A stretch of DNA of 64,000 nt from assembly GCA_013239625.1 (NCBI GenBank), contig MU054001.1:4132167-4196166 (forward strand), read 5' to 3'. Below the pieces are notes generated by a model. The model saw only the letters and a list, made by a program, of their open reading frames with translations. It was not told where the DNA came from and did no database searches. A program made the position numbers and the translations under genes. Positions 1 through 13,528 of this stretch are shown here, in pieces. The DNA comes from Lama guanicoe. Taxonomy: Eukaryota. Position 1 is the stretch's first letter; each line of letters opens with the position of its first letter.

Positions 1-264
1 TGTTATATAAATCTATTATACCTCAATTAAAAAAAAAAAAGAGGACGTGGCACCTGTAGACCCCACTGTCTCTATCTTCCCTTCAGCCCTTAGCTGATGC
101 CTCCTTGGATCTGGATTTTCACATTGATTCCTTGACCAATGTTGAAACCCTGGGGAGCCCTTCATACTGTGCCAAGCCCTGGGGGAGTGGGGAAAGGTAC
201 AATCAGACACAGTTCTAATGCCAACAGATTCATCTCGATCAGAAGCCAAGAGGAGGGACACACT

Positions 265-720
265 GTGTCCCAGAATGGGTTCCCCCAAAGCAGAGCCTGA
301 GATAAGACTTATCAGGGAAGCAGGTTATCAGGGAAGTGGTCCCGGGAAGCACCAGTAGGGACGTGGGGAAGTGAGCAAGAGAAGGCAGCCAATACAGGAT
401 AGGTTACTGAGCAGGTGATCACTGTGAGTGAAAGGAGTTCACTCCCAACCAGACTCCTGGGACCTGCCTGAGGGTGACCCACCCAAAGGATGATAAAGCT
501 GAGAGATTCATCCCATTTCCCAGCAGTCCTCCACGAAAGGGGCTACTCCTGGGACACTCCAGGCCTGTCCCACATGGGGCTGTCACCCTCCTGCATTCAG
601 AGAACCAGCTCAGAGAGTTGCACAGTTCTTTGGTGAGAAGCCAGCGTTGGGAGCTGGGAATGGCCAAGGCATCTGGGCAGGGCACCCACCATGTCTGCTG
701 TATGGAGCAAATCACCCAAA
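265..720. mobile_element. ERVL-type solo LTR (LTR16/LTR33-like)
   Basis: TGTCCCAGAATGGGTTCCCCCAAAGCAGAGCCTGAGATAAG...GCAGCCAATACAGGATAGGTTACTGAGCAGGT; similar to the copy at 13530. Confidence 0.6.
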
Positions 721-1961
721 TCAGTGAGTTCCCAATAAATGAATGGATTTTCACTATTAAAAAAAAAGAATATTTTCTCCAAACTCCCCAACCACAAGAA
801 GGAAACATCCGAGGGAATGAGAAAAAGCAAGAAATAAACATAATATGACCCTATTCCCACCCCATCAAGGACCAGACAGAAGCCCAGAGACATATCGGGA
901 AATATTCCAGAGAAACACCTCCATGTCCAGAGAACCGCAAAATGGTGTCATTGAAAATATTAAGGATGTTCATTCCATTTCTTGCTTGAGGGAAACAAGT
1001 AAGGTTGCTTTCAACGAAGGAGTAGGATGCTGGGGGAGAAGGAGGTCCGCAAGCTGGTGGGGGTCCCTGGAGCCTGGCCTGTTGGACACTTCACTCTCTG
1101 CTGGCAACTTGCCAGCAGCCCCCATAGCAGACCTTACCATTTCCACACCAGCTGGCACAACTTGCAACTTCTAGCCCTTGTACCTCTTCCTCTGCCCTGT
1201 CCGGAAGTGCCCGAGAATTACTATACCCAAGGGAACAGCCCAAACCAACAATGGACAGGGAACTGGTGGGTGGGCACCCCAGCCCTTTGCCCCGATGGGG
1301 TAATGCAGAGGCCTGTGCTTCACACCACTTCCGGCAGTCCCAGTGGTACCCAGCTCCAAGGGCTCATTGTCGCAGCTGGCTTGATTATATGCCCTCTCCC
1401 TGCCATCTGGAGTGCTGAACTCAGCTCAGACCAGCTCATAAGAACCCTTTCTCCTCATCTCTTCCCAGCTCCTCATTCAGTTGCACCACACCAGTAGCTT
1501 GAAGTCAACTACAGTGGGAACCTTTACACCATGAAAATTGGCAGACACTAGAAATCAGGGTGTTTTTGTTTTTGTTTTTTTTTCCAAAGAGCCAGTTTAC
1601 CAGCTCAGCACTGCTCATTTTCCTACTCCCCTGTAAGTGTTTCTTGGCATCACCTCCCAAGTAAATTAACCTTGCTCAGTATTTGCTTCTGGTGAAACAA
1701 AAAGGAAATCAGCTCCCCTGAGTCTGGAGACCAAGAACAGTCACCTAGCTCACAGGGTGGTGTCACAGAGACAGCAGCAGGCCCTTTTCTAGTCCTTACA
1801 TTTCTACTCCAGCCTCCCCTCCTCCAGGCCCTCCTTCCCCCCTACATACTCAGCACAGCCACATACATCCCCCACCCTCCCCAAGACCCTCAATGGACAT
1901 CTATTGTTTATAGCCACTCAATAACCATTCTCTTTCTGTTGTTGACATCACCTTGATTGGC

Positions 1962-2094
1962 TTTTTTTGTTTTGGGGGGTTAATTAGGTTTATTTATTTA
2001 TATATTTATTTTTTAATGGCGGTAATGGGGATTGAACCCAGGACCTTGTGCATGCTAAGCACGCACTCTACCACTGAGCTATACCCTACCGCCC
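1962..2094 (-). mobile_element. tRNA-Ala(AGC)-derived SINE (camelid vic-1-like)
   Basis: Reverse complement reads GGGTATAGCTCAGTGGTAGAGTGCGTGCTTAGCATGCACAAGGTCCTGGGTTCAATCCCC (A and B boxes), then an AT-rich segment, AAACCTAATTA-C-run and an A-rich tail. Confidence 0.85.
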
Positions 2095-2259
2095 ATCGGT
2101 TTTCTTTAGGGAAGGAGTTAAGTTGTTTCAGTGGTCCCAATTCGTCTCCACATCTAAACCTTCACCATAAGACTTCATAGTTTATCTCACTAAAGAAGCC
2201 AAGTGTACCTTCCCATGTCTCTGGAATCTGGATATAGTCCTGTGACTTTACTGGGCAAC

Positions 2260-3300
2260 AGAGTAAAGCAGTACTGACGGTGTGCCCAATCTGAGCCTAG
2301 GCCTTGAGACAGCATCACTGTTTCTTGTCTTGTGCCTTTGCTGTCTCCCTGAGAAGGGCATTCTGAGCTGGTCAGCTTGTCCCAGGAGGAGAAAAAAGAA
2401 TGGGAAGAGAGGCATCCCAGCTAACTGCCTCAGATAACCCTGCCTGAAGCAAAGCCTCCAGCCAAACCGCAGATACACAAGCAATAAACACTTCCTGTTG
2501 CAGGCTACAAGGTTCTGTGGTTGTTTGTTACGATAGGGAACCATCCCCACCCACAGGGTTTGGGGAGAGCTGGCCCCATCTCCTAGCTCCAAAAAAGGAT
2601 GTGCACCCATTAGTATACTCTGTGCCCTGGCACCCTGGTCTCAGTCGCTATTTCACAAATGGGCATGTGATCCAAGCCAGGCCAATGAGACCCAATCCTG
2701 GGACATTTTCTGGAACTCCTGGAGAAGAGGTACTTGCTTCCCAATAGGGTTGTGTGGGTGGTGGGACGTCAACTAGTTGCTGTGGGCAGCCATCTCGCCA
2801 CTACAAGGGAAGGGGCTTCTAGAGAACAGAGCCATTGTGTGCTGGTTGAACTAGCTCGCCTGAAAGATGAGAGAAAAGAAAAGAAAGAAAGGGAAAGGAA
2901 ATGAAAAGAAACAAAAGGAAATGGAAGGAAGGAAGAGAAAAAGAAAGAAGGAAAGCAATCAAGCCCTGGTCTGCAGCATTTGCCAATTTCCGTGACATAA
3001 ATACTCCCACCATGGCCAATTTCATGCTACCAATGATTTAACAACACTGCCCAAAATTCCTGAATGTTTTACAATTGGCTCCAGCACACCCCTGAAATGG
3101 AACCTATACCGTGGAAAACAGAGCCAAAAAATGGAGAGATAGACAGTATCCTGGTAATATTATTTGAGCCTCTGGATCTAATCATGTCTGAAATTCATTA
3201 GACTTTACTCTCACGTGAACCAACAACTTCCTTTGTTTTTTTCCTTAAGCCAGTCTGATTTGGGTTTCTTTTATTTGCAATTGAAAAGAGACTGACTAAT
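2260..3300. mobile_element. Cluster of MaLR (MLT1-type) LTR fragments with a nested hAT MER63-like element (~2838-3095)
   Basis: GGGCATGTGATCCAAGCCAGGCCAATGAGA and CCTTAAGCCAGTCTGATTTGGGTTTCT (MLT1); GCAGCATTTGCCAATTTCCGTG...CCAGCACACCCCTG (MER63-like). Confidence 0.6.
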
Positions 3301-3369
3301 AAACACCCCCTCATGCTCCGCCATGCTTCCATCCCTTGAGAAATAATAATAAATAATTTTAAAATAATA

Positions 3370-3590
3370 ACATTAAGACTTTACTGAACACCAACTACAT
3401 GCCAAACACTTTATAGAAAAGTTCCACCAATAATCTTCATATCAGCCTTACAAGAGAGACATCATTGGGTCCACTTTTCAGATGAGCAAACTGAGGCACA
3501 GAGAGGTTGAGGGACTTGCCTTAAGGTCATCCACTTGAGCCAGAATGAGAATGCTGGTCCAGCTGACTCTAGAACCTGTGACTTACCCAC
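3370..3590. mobile_element. MIR SINE
   Basis: CCACTTTTCAGATGAGCAAACTGAGGCACAGAGAGGTT...ACTTGCC..AAGGTCA core. Confidence 0.7.
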
Positions 3591-5964
3591 CTCCCTCTCA
3601 CCCTGACCACCAGCCGGTTTTTCTGCCTATAATGTTTCTCATCTCTTTTTCACCTCGTAGACTCTGACTCATCTTTCAAGCTAAGTATCTGCCCAAGATC
3701 ACCAAGACAGAGCATTGCAGAGCCAGGGTGTGTACACTGGTCTTTAGCCTACTCAATCTCCTGCTATTTTCACTTCGCCAATGACTTCTGAAGAATGGAG
3801 TTTCTGGTTCACATAATTGCCCAGAGAACTCTGACTAAAGCAGAAAGAAAAATGTTGTTTCAATTCTGCATAAGTGAAGTGCTCACCGGTGAGCAGTCAG
3901 TAAACCATGGGCCTCAGAGCCAGTGAGTGAAACCACCTCTGGCCCAGGATGGATTTTGCTGGCAGCCAAGCCCTCAAAATCAACATGGTCTCTTGGAATA
4001 TCCTTCTTTCTCCTGACAGTGGAGAAATGGTTAGCCACTTTTGGTTCATGCTAGTATATTGGATCCTGGTGGATCCTGCACCTTCCCTCAAAAATGGCTT
4101 CTCCCAAATGCCCAGTCCCTGCTGGTGGTGCCACCAACCTCTCAAGGACTGAGGCCATGACCACTCCTTTCTCCTTTGCTCTTTCCCTTTCTTCTGAGCA
4201 CACACAGGCACTCATACAGTGTGTCACTGCAGCTGCATGAGTCTCAAGACTCTTGTCAACTCAAATTCATGGTCTCGGGTACCTGCAACGTCCAAGGGTA
4301 TGTGGATTCAGGAGCTCCAATGATGGTGTCAGGACTTACTCTCTCCCTCTGTTGCTCTGCTTTCTTCTGCGTGACTCCATTCTGCCTCAAGGGGGCACCC
4401 AAAGCTCCCTAAGTCTACAGGAAAATAGAATTCCCTTTCCCTAACTCATCTTACAAAAAGAGTGGGCCTGACACTTATTGGCCCAAATTGAGACACAGGG
4501 CCATCCTTGAACCACTTCCTGTGGTCAAGGGATGGTATATGGTTAGCTTAGGACGGGGTCACATGCCATGCCCTAGATCTGAGTGTGAAGTCAGTCCCAC
4601 TCAGACTACATAGACTGAGTTTGGAGGAGGAGCGGTTTCCCCAACGAAAATAAGGAGGTTTTTACCAGAAGAAGCAAGGGTGAATATTAACATAAAAACA
4701 ACAAACTCCTACGATATCCATGTCCAGTCTAGGCCACCATCTAACTCTAGACAGCCATTACTTCTCACCTGGTCTTCTGACCAACTCTCTGACTCCAGCC
4801 TCCCCATCTTAACCATCCTCTACACAGCTCTGAACCTTTCAACATCCACTCAAAAAGAAAAACAGAAACACACACTTCAGTAGCTCTCTATTGTCTAATC
4901 CATAAAATTCCAAGGTTCTAGACCTGAAACTCCAGACCCTCCGTGCTCTGACCCCAGCAGAACTTGGCAGCCTCATATCCTCCAGTTTTCCTTTCCCCAC
5001 TTACCTGACATTTCAGCCAAACTAGCTGCTACTCTTCTACCCTGGGCTTTCTCTCCTCTGAGCCTTTAGCTCATGCTGTGCCCTTCACGCGAAATGCTCA
5101 CCTGCTCCCCCCTCTGTTTCTCTGAGACTTGAAATCAAGCCCCGCTCAATGGCCACCACCAAAGGGAAGGCTTGTATTCTGCTGAATCCACTCCTGCCTC
5201 TGACTCCCAACCCTTCAGCGTCTGGTCTTCCTCAGTGTTCTTCCCATGGTGTGGCTTCTTTAAGGAAGCTATGAGCTCCTGTGAGTGACAGTATTGTGAG
5301 CATGAGTTCAGGCCTCCAAAGCAATCAAGCCAGCCCTGCCATTGATGGCAAGAAACCCAGCTCAGACGCTTAAAGTGCAAACAGCAACTGGCTGGGCCGT
5401 GCATACACACAGCAAAATGGAAGTAGCTGGCCAGCCAGGTTCAGGGCTTAATTCTCTCTCTCTGCCCCCATCTCTTCATGTCTTATTTCTACACTCCTTG
5501 ACCTAATGGACTCCTTTCCTCCTACTGTAGCTTTCTTTATGCTGCTCAAGAAGTTGGTTTCTAGTGATTCCAGCTTACAGCAGCCTTAGATCTCGGGTCT
5601 CAGAGGATGGGACACCATCTCTTCTCACAGTTCTAGCAACTAAATTCTGGGGAGGACTCTGGCCTGGTTTTGGTCCTATAACCCCCTGAGCCAATCAATC
5701 ATTGTGGCCTGAGGAATGGGGTTCTCTGATTGGCCACGCCTGTGTCACATGGCCACATACCCCCTTAGAATTACACAGAATAGGCCCCCCCAGGAAAGAG
5801 GGCTTGTTGTAAGAAGACAAGGAGAGAGGGAGAAAAGACAGCCATTTACCCCAGTACCCACCACAACACCCAAGCGTGAGGATTGGTTCACATAGTGGAT
5901 TATCAGCTTAGTTGTTGCTGACAGTGATGGCTGAAGAGATCTCGGAGGGGCCAAAAACAACACT

Positions 5965-6180
5965 AGTTCACATTTGTTGAATGCAAGCGTGCCAGGCCCT
6001 ATTCTAAGCACTTTACATTGATTCCTCATGACAACCTTACGAGCTAAATACAATTATTAGTCCCATATTACAGATAAGAAAAGTGAGCCACAAAAAGAGT
6101 AAGTCATTTTCCCAAGGTCCCCCAGCTAAGAAGGTGAAGAGCCAGGATTCAAACTTCAGGAATGCAGTCCCAGACCTGGA
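5965..6180. mobile_element. MIR SINE
   Basis: CCCATATTACAGATAAGAAAAGTGAG...CCCAAGGTC...GAGCCAGGATTCAAAC. Confidence 0.7.
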
Positions 6181-9100
6181 CTCCTCGCTGTGCAATACCT
6201 TCGACAAGGCGGTGTTGGGTGTCAAGTGTGCACCATACACACAGGAGAGCAGGGAGATACCCACCTTACATGGCTTGAACCTCTTATCTGCCCATATTCT
6301 CCTTCATTAAAATAGCCCAGGGGCCTGGCAGGCAGCTTCTGCCTGGCTCTGTCTCAAGGGAGGAGGTGTGATGAGACACCCAGCCCTTGCCACTGCACCA
6401 TCCCCTCCCTTTCCAGTTGGCCTGCACCCCTCAGTTTCCTGGAGTTCTCCGCCTCTTGGCAGCCCCAGCTCCTTGCTCAGCAACAGGTGCAGCAGGGAGA
6501 TGAGGCACCAGAAGTGCTGGGAGGCTACAGAGGCCCCAATGCCAGGAACAGAAACCAGAGCCCCAGGCCAGGACATCACTGGAGAAGGATGGGGAGAAGA
6601 CAGACAGGCAGGCAAAGTGAAAGACACACAGGGAGAGAGCAAAGGCAGAAAGTGAGAGAAAGAGATGGGGCCGCCCCCTTCCCTTGCCCTTCCCGCAGCC
6701 TCTCACCTGTCAACACATCTAACTCTCCCCTCTCTGGGGCTGAGAACAAGACAGGGAAACCAGGAGACCTTTTAACACCAGCAGGTAAATGTTGGGTGGC
6801 TACATTTCTTTGGTTTCAGTTTTCCTCAATTCTCATACACATGGCAAGAGCCTCCACAGAAGTGAGTGAAAACACACCACCAGGGTGGGGAGAATGTCCC
6901 TCATGTGACTGCAACCTGGGCAATGGCCCTGATGCTCTGGGAGCCTCAGGAACACCTCTCGGCCAAGGCTCCAGAAGCCAAAGCCCATGGCAGCTGAGCC
7001 CTGCCAAGTGGCAAAGGGAGGAGGCGGAGGAACAGCGTGGAGGGGACGCGTGAGACCCTGCCCATCTCTGCCATTAGGATCTAAACTCTCCTCTGACCCC
7101 ACGCCACACAAGTCCCCCATTCTCTCAGAATATCTGAGTCTTCCTGTGGAACATGGACTTGAGGTCTTGCTTTGTCCCTAATCAGCTGTCTGACCTTGGT
7201 TAACCCCTTCCTCTCCCAGGACCTCAATCTGCCACCTCTAGTGAGGGACCACTTTAGGGCAAGAACTTTGTGGGTCTTCACCAATCTTCAAAGCCAGCGA
7301 TGCCCTTGCAAGGATGCTGCTCAGTGCCCCCAACTGTTTACCCTGCCCCTCCCCTGGAAGCCCCCCTACACTGTCCAGCTTTCTGCCTCCTCCCTGCCTG
7401 CCTATCAAATCATAGCTGGCCATTCCCTCGAGGCCTCGCCAAGTAGCTGACAAACCATCCGTGCAAACTAAGCCGACCGAGGGGAAATGAGAGGTGAGAC
7501 GGAAGCTGAGAGCAGCCTCGTGCGCTGCCCGTGCTGGAGAACACGGCGGCACTGGATGGGCTTGCTCTTTTGGCTGATGGCGGGCATTTAAGACAGTGTG
7601 TGCCACGGAAAGACAGCTGTAAGCTCCCCCACCCCTCTGCGTCCCCGAGAGCAAAGCTGATCCCCGAAAGAGAGAGCATATGTGGGCAGAATTGCAGGTC
7701 AGAAAACCCCTCCCCAGGTCCTGAGAGAAAGACCTTGAAACCTTGAAGAAGGGCGAGTGGGAAGGGATGCTGACCCACGGGCACCTTGGCCGTCTCACGG
7801 ATGACAGGTGTTGGCAGCCAGCTTTCACCCCAGCGGGGCGGCTGGGGCCCTTACGTGACGGAGCAACACATCACACAACCACAGCCTGCGCCAAATGTCA
7901 GCTGCGTGGTGCAGCCCCCCACCCCCATTCCCCAAAACCAAAGGCGTCCCTTCCAGAGAAGAAAGAGGAGGGAGCCGCATCATTAATAGCGCTGGCGGCA
8001 AGGTAAAGGCACCCGCCCGCTCGGAGCACCCTCGCCCGTAATTATGCCAGCCAGGCTTTCATCCCCACGCGCACGCGGAAAGTTTATTGTTGTATTTCGG
8101 CCTTTTTCAGTCTCCTCTGCCTTTTATGCAAGGGGAAGGGTGCTGAGGGGTCAAAGCATCCTCCCCCAGCTCCTCTCCCTGCTTCAGTCCTTTTAGAAAA
8201 ACACCCAAAGCCATAATTTGTCTTAGAATTTCTTTTGAAACAGCTACAAGAAAGACTAACGACTGCTCTTTTCCCTCTGTTTCTGATTCCAGCCATCCCT
8301 TTATCTGGCTTTCATTAGAGCCTCGGCCGCGCCTCTTTTGTGGGAGAGACTTGAGGGAGCCGAGGCAGTTTCCCAGCCGCTGTGATGTTGCTAAAGATTA
8401 AAAAGGAGCTTTGAAGCTGCACCAGTTCTCTCTGCGCCCCCTCGGTACAGGACCTCAGAAAGACCCAAGCCATCTGGCAAACCTGACATAAAGACAAAAT
8501 AAAGTGATTGAAACAGTCTCTTCAAAGCCACAATGGCAGATTTGTTGATTTGGGCGTTATCTTTCATGCGAGGCCCTCAGAAGTCACCAGAACACCTAGG
8601 TAATCTCGGGCAGGCCTGACTGGAGTGGATGGAGCCTTCCAGGACAAGGCTCAGAGAGGGGCCCGGCCAGGCCAGGCGGGGCTGAGGGATGGACCGAAGG
8701 CCCCTGAAGACGGGCCCTGGCAATGTTTTCCAGTGCGGCCTGCTCACGCCGGCCCCTGTCTGGGGTCCTACCTCAGGAGGGGCGCCTGCCACCGGCCAGA
8801 CAGAGTCAGGACAGGGCAGGATGTGATGCGAGGCTGCCCTGAGCAGGAGGAGAGTGGCGGGGAGATGAAAGGCCGCTGCCCTAATTGCAACCGACAGCCG
8901 GTTAGTAACACCCTGGCAGCTTCCATATCAGAACCTGTTTCTCACGGCTCCTGGCTGGGTGAAGCCTGGGTAGATGGCTGTCTGCCAGGGCCCCTGGGAG
9001 GGTCTCCACTGGCCAACGGGAGCCTGGGACAAGTGAAGATCCTGGAGGAATAGAACCAAAGGCAGCTGTGACCCGGTCCTGCATTAATGCTCCGGCTGGT

Positions 9101-9786
9101 GCACGTGTAACCCAGAGCGTGGCCTTCTCCGGACCTCAGCTTGCCCTTCTGCAAAAGGGACGGGGCCCACCCTCATGGGCAGGGTTTCTCTTATCCTGTT
9201 GGGTAGCAGTGCCCAGAGCCCAAAGCCTTGAGTCATGGGTGCTCCACTGGCCTGGATGGGGAGCCTGCAGGAGGTGGTTCCAAAGCCAGTGCTACAACTG
9301 AACAGACACCCCCCACCCCATCCCGCACTGAGTTTCAAGCCAGGAATTTGGGGGATATCACCCCGAATACCGACTCCTCATGTAACCTCAGACAAATCAT
9401 TCCCCTCTCAGTGCCTCAGCTGTCTTAGTAGTAAAATTTGGGAGTTGGAGTTCACCAGAGATATTCAGGTGCTGGGGAGAATTGGGTTCCATGAACATTC
9501 TTAGGGGGTCAAGGTGAGGTCAGAGAAAGCTGAGTGGGCCATCCTCTGAGTTCCCTCTCCTCTGCTTGTATCTGTTAAACCCATTGGGCTTCAGGTAAAA
9601 TTTCCTGGATTTTTTTTTTAAGGTTCTGTTGATAGAAACATACATGTCATTTTAAAGCCGCAGGTATAGAGGGTCTGTTTCTCTCCTTCCTTCTGACCTC
9701 CTTGAAGCCTGATGAGTTCAGCTAAGAGCTAAACTTTGTTCTATCCAGTTTTAACAAAATGATGAATTCACAAATTGTGACCATTG

Positions 9787-9953
9787 TGGGTCTGAGTATA
9801 GCTCAGTGGTAGAGTCCGTGCTTAGCATGCACAAAGTTCCTGGGTTCAATCCCCAGAACCTCCACTTTAAAACATTTTTATAAATAAATAAATAAATCTA
9901 ATTACTGCCCCCTCCCCCCCGCAAAGAAAAAGCTTAAAAACAAAAAAACAGAA
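9787..9953 (+). mobile_element. tRNA-Ala-derived SINE (vic-1-like) with 17-bp TSD
   Basis: tRNA-like head TATAGCTCAGTGGTAGAG...GGTTCAATCCCC; A-rich tail; TSD ACAAATTGTGACCATTG (9770-9786) / ACAAAGTGTGACCATTG (9954-9970). Confidence 0.9.
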
Positions 9954-10724
9954 ACAAAGTGTGACCATTGATCAGCAACCAAATTGAAGACCTACTCTGC
10001 ACTCCCACCCAGGAGACTGTTACACCTGCCTGTTACTAGAAAAGATACCTAAGGGATGTCCGCACTAACAGGGGGATGTGATAAACTGTCATCTGCTTTC
10101 TAGAAGGAGAGGGCCACTGGTCACAAGCCTGGGGGACAACTCACTTACCCCCATCTTTTTTCACCTACCTCCTCTGGCCAGATGCAGCACCAGGATCCCA
10201 GCTCCTCTTCCACTGCCCTGTCCCCTTTAGAAGACCCAAAGAGGAAATTTCTCATCACAGCTGGCCGCCAACCACCCTTCCTTCCTCCTAGAAGCACAGC
10301 TGGCCCTGGCGCCAGGGTGGGAGGCTCACAGCAGAGGTTTCCTGGCATCTCGGCAGTGATGTGCCAGCATGAGATTAGGCTGTTATGTCCTCCCAAAGAG
10401 AGGGAGGAAGTCCAGGTCTGGGAAAGGCAGAGTGACAGAAGAGCACATGTGGGAGGGGGCAGCTGCCCCAAAACCCCAGATGGGAGTCTTCCAAGTAGAC
10501 AAAACTCCTCTCCTTTTCTAGCCATGCCTCCCCATCTCCTCTGTCTGGTGAACTCCTACTCATCCTTCAAAATCCATATCTAATATCACTCCTTCTTTGA
10601 AGCTTTTCTGAGCTTCCCTCTCCCTCAGTTCACAGGCCACTTCATACACACTTGTCTTAGCTAGCTCTGAAAGTAAATGACAGTAATTTTTCCATGAAGA
10701 GGATCCATGTCTGGAAATCCATGT

Positions 10725-10930
10725 CTGGACCTCAGTTCAAATCTCAACTCCCTTATTTACCAGCTCTGAGATCTTGGACAGGCTCTGAGCTCCAATTTCC
10801 TCATCTGTGAAGTGGAGAAAATAAAACTTATCCTCTAGGGTTGTTCTGAGGATTAAATAAGATAATATACACGAAAGAACCTGAAATTGTGTCCAATGCA
10901 TAGAGGCACTCAAGAAAAATGAGCTTCATT
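10725..10930. mobile_element. MIR SINE
   Basis: TTTCCTCATCTGTGAAGTGG...GGGTTGTTCTGAGGATTAAATAAGATAAT. Confidence 0.7.
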
Positions 10931-11328
10931 CCTTCCCTAGCAGAGGGTGAGCATCTCAAGGGCAGGAGCCAGATTTTCACTCATTCATTCATCAGCCAGC
11001 CACTGTCACTGAGTTCCTGTTAAGAAGAAAACCCTGAGCCAAAGGCTGGGTTCTACAGCAGGTCACAAGACAGACACTGTCCAGGTGCCCATCAATCTCA
11101 CCGTTGGTCTTCCCTGCCTGTGAATCTCCAGCACCCACTTTGGCGACACTGTCCCCACCCTTCCCAGGTGGTTGCTAAGGGCAGGTCTGCAGAGTCCAGG
11201 ATGAAAGTCACCTGTCCCCTAGAATTGTCAGCAGACATTACTCCTACACTAGGCATCCTTTGCAGACAGAGCCTTGTATGAACATTCTGGGAGGAGAGAG
11301 GTGAAGAGATACCATAACCCCACTCTCA

Positions 11329-11632
11329 GGGAGCTCCTGGTCTGATGGCGGAGACACTCATCTCATCCCTTGGAGGTTTTCAGCCTGATGGAAGAGACAA
11401 AGAATACATAGTTCTCAACATTGAAAACTCCCAGTTTGATGGAAGAGTCACATTTTCCTGACTTGGGGAACTCCTAGTCTGAGAGCAGACAGCAGAGTCA
11501 TATTTTCCTGGAGACTGGTGACTCTTACTTTGATGGCAGAGACACCTTTATCCCTGATTGTGGAACTCCCAGTCTGATGGGGGAGACACATGGCTCCTGA
11601 TCTTGGCCCAGTCTGTCACTGATGGGGATGAG
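11329..11632 (+). repeat. Degenerate minisatellite, about 7 units of 40-50 bp
   Basis: Recurrent core GAACTCCCAGTCTGATGGRRGAGACAC. Confidence 0.75.
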
Positions 11633-13528
11633 ATTGTTCCTGTCGCAGGAGGGCACCTCCTCTCCTCCAACAGGAGAGGCAGTCTGCCCATAGATAGCTT
11701 GAGAGTCAGATAAAACAACATGCATGGAAAAAAGAGATTAATCTAGAGTCCTTTTAAAAAGCTAGCTGTGCAGTGTCTCTGTCTGTCTGTCTGTAGCCTC
11801 AGAAGTGATATTCCTGGCTCTGCAGATACACCATCCTAATCCACAGGGCTGGACATAAATGGCACAGAATCGTCTGCCTCACAAGCATCCGGCCAAGCCC
11901 CCTCACCAGAGGATCCAAGCCAGAGCTGGCCTGAGGCCCCCATCGGTGGCATCTTATGCCAGTCTTGCCAGGGGAGACTTTCTCACGATCAGGGACATCT
12001 GGGCTGGCCCAGCTCCCAGAGGCCACTGACATGAAAAGCGAGGGGCTTGGCGGAAACACCATCTGCACATCATAAAGCCTCTTGGTGGTTCCCAGAGGCT
12101 GCCTCCAGCTGCGGCTGTGCTGTCCGGAAAAGCAGAGGAAAGGACTAAGTGGCCAGGAGGGGGAGAGGGGGAGGGTGGCCAAGAGGGGAGAGCTGGGCTG
12201 GAGATCTTCAACACAGCACCTGACACCCTTTGTAAATGAATGTCACCTGTTTGTCTCCCTGTCACTGCCCAGAACACAGGTCATGCCTATCCCTGAAGGT
12301 GACTCGGTGACGTGGGCAGTGCACAGTAGTGGTCATGCACTCAGATTCTAGGGTTGTGCAGCCTGGTTAAATCCCAGACCCACTCTCCAGGTGAGTGAAT
12401 GGCCTTTGCTGAGCCCGTTTTCACACTGTACGTTAAAGACAGTAATAATCGCACCCGTGATCTTCGGGTTGCTATAAAAATTAAAAGAAATTATACGTAC
12501 GTTGAGCTGTATACTTAAGATTCCTGCACTTGTTACACTCTGATAACATTTCGTTATAAAAGAGGTAATGTGTGTCTTGTTCCTAATTTAAAGAAGTGCT
12601 CAGTCACTATTGGCTCTTAGTATCACTCTCTTGCGTCCCAGTCACTGTCCTGAGGCTCTGGGAGCCGGTTCCTGAAAGGGGTGGAACTGTTCGGGATATT
12701 TCATTGGCCACCTTCCCCAAGGCCCCGCCTCCCAGCACCACAACCACAGCTGATTGGACAAGAGGTGGGACCTGGCCCAGGGGAAGCTATGTATCGGCAG
12801 TTGAGCAGACCCTGTCAGCTTCTCCGTGAATTTGAACTGGGGTGAGTCTGTTAGGTTGTGTGGATTGGTATTCCTCTGAAGAACAGAGGAAGGAGGCAGA
12901 GAGGAGGAGAAAGAGACAGATAATTGAGAACAGAAGAGATGACTAAGAGACAAAGAGATGAGAGGCTGGGAGAGGCCTCCAGTCCCCGGTTTGGGGCTCC
13001 CACGTGATTCCCCAGTAGAAAAAGGCTGCTGCGTATCTCCCGACTTTGGAGCCTGAGATGAGTCCTGCCAAGAAGCACAAACACGCATACACATACCACT
13101 CTACCAACATTTAAACACTCCTTTCTACTTTTTCTTTACAATTCCCCGCCCATATTCGAACAACTTCCAGAGTGGTAAATCCCAAAGGAGACTAATTTTG
13201 TTGAGTGGGTGCAGAAGCTAAGAGAACGGAGATGAATCATTCTGGACAATAGAATCTTGGGAGAGGGTAGAGAGAAAAGACGGGAGGCAGCTGGCTGTAG
13301 GAGAGAAAACACCAGTGCACAGAGAGATCTCATGGGGAATTTCATAGTGTCTGAACTGTGGTGTATGATCCTTATAGCAAAACTTCATTAAAGTCACCTC
13401 ACCTGCCATCTTAGTTCTGCTCTCCTCCATTGTCTGCTCCATTCTTGGAGGGACTGCCCCTCGTGGCTGGCGAGACAGGTGCCGGCAGCTCCTAGAGCTG
13501 CATCATCTCTTAATCACAGGCAACAGGT

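Noticed and set aside
2017..2090. Apparent tRNA-Ala(AGC) gene (also at 9790, 27675 and 52750)
   Set aside because: Each has a SINE tail, an altered acceptor-stem 5' end and often a TSD, so these are SINEs rather than tRNA genes.
7229..7247. CTCF-like CTGCCACCTCTAGTG
   Set aside because: Spacing does not fit the CTCF core without several mismatches.
11329..11632. CRISPR-like repeat-spacer appearance
   Set aside because: Mammalian DNA, degenerate repeats, spacers related to one another and no cas genes; it is a minisatellite.
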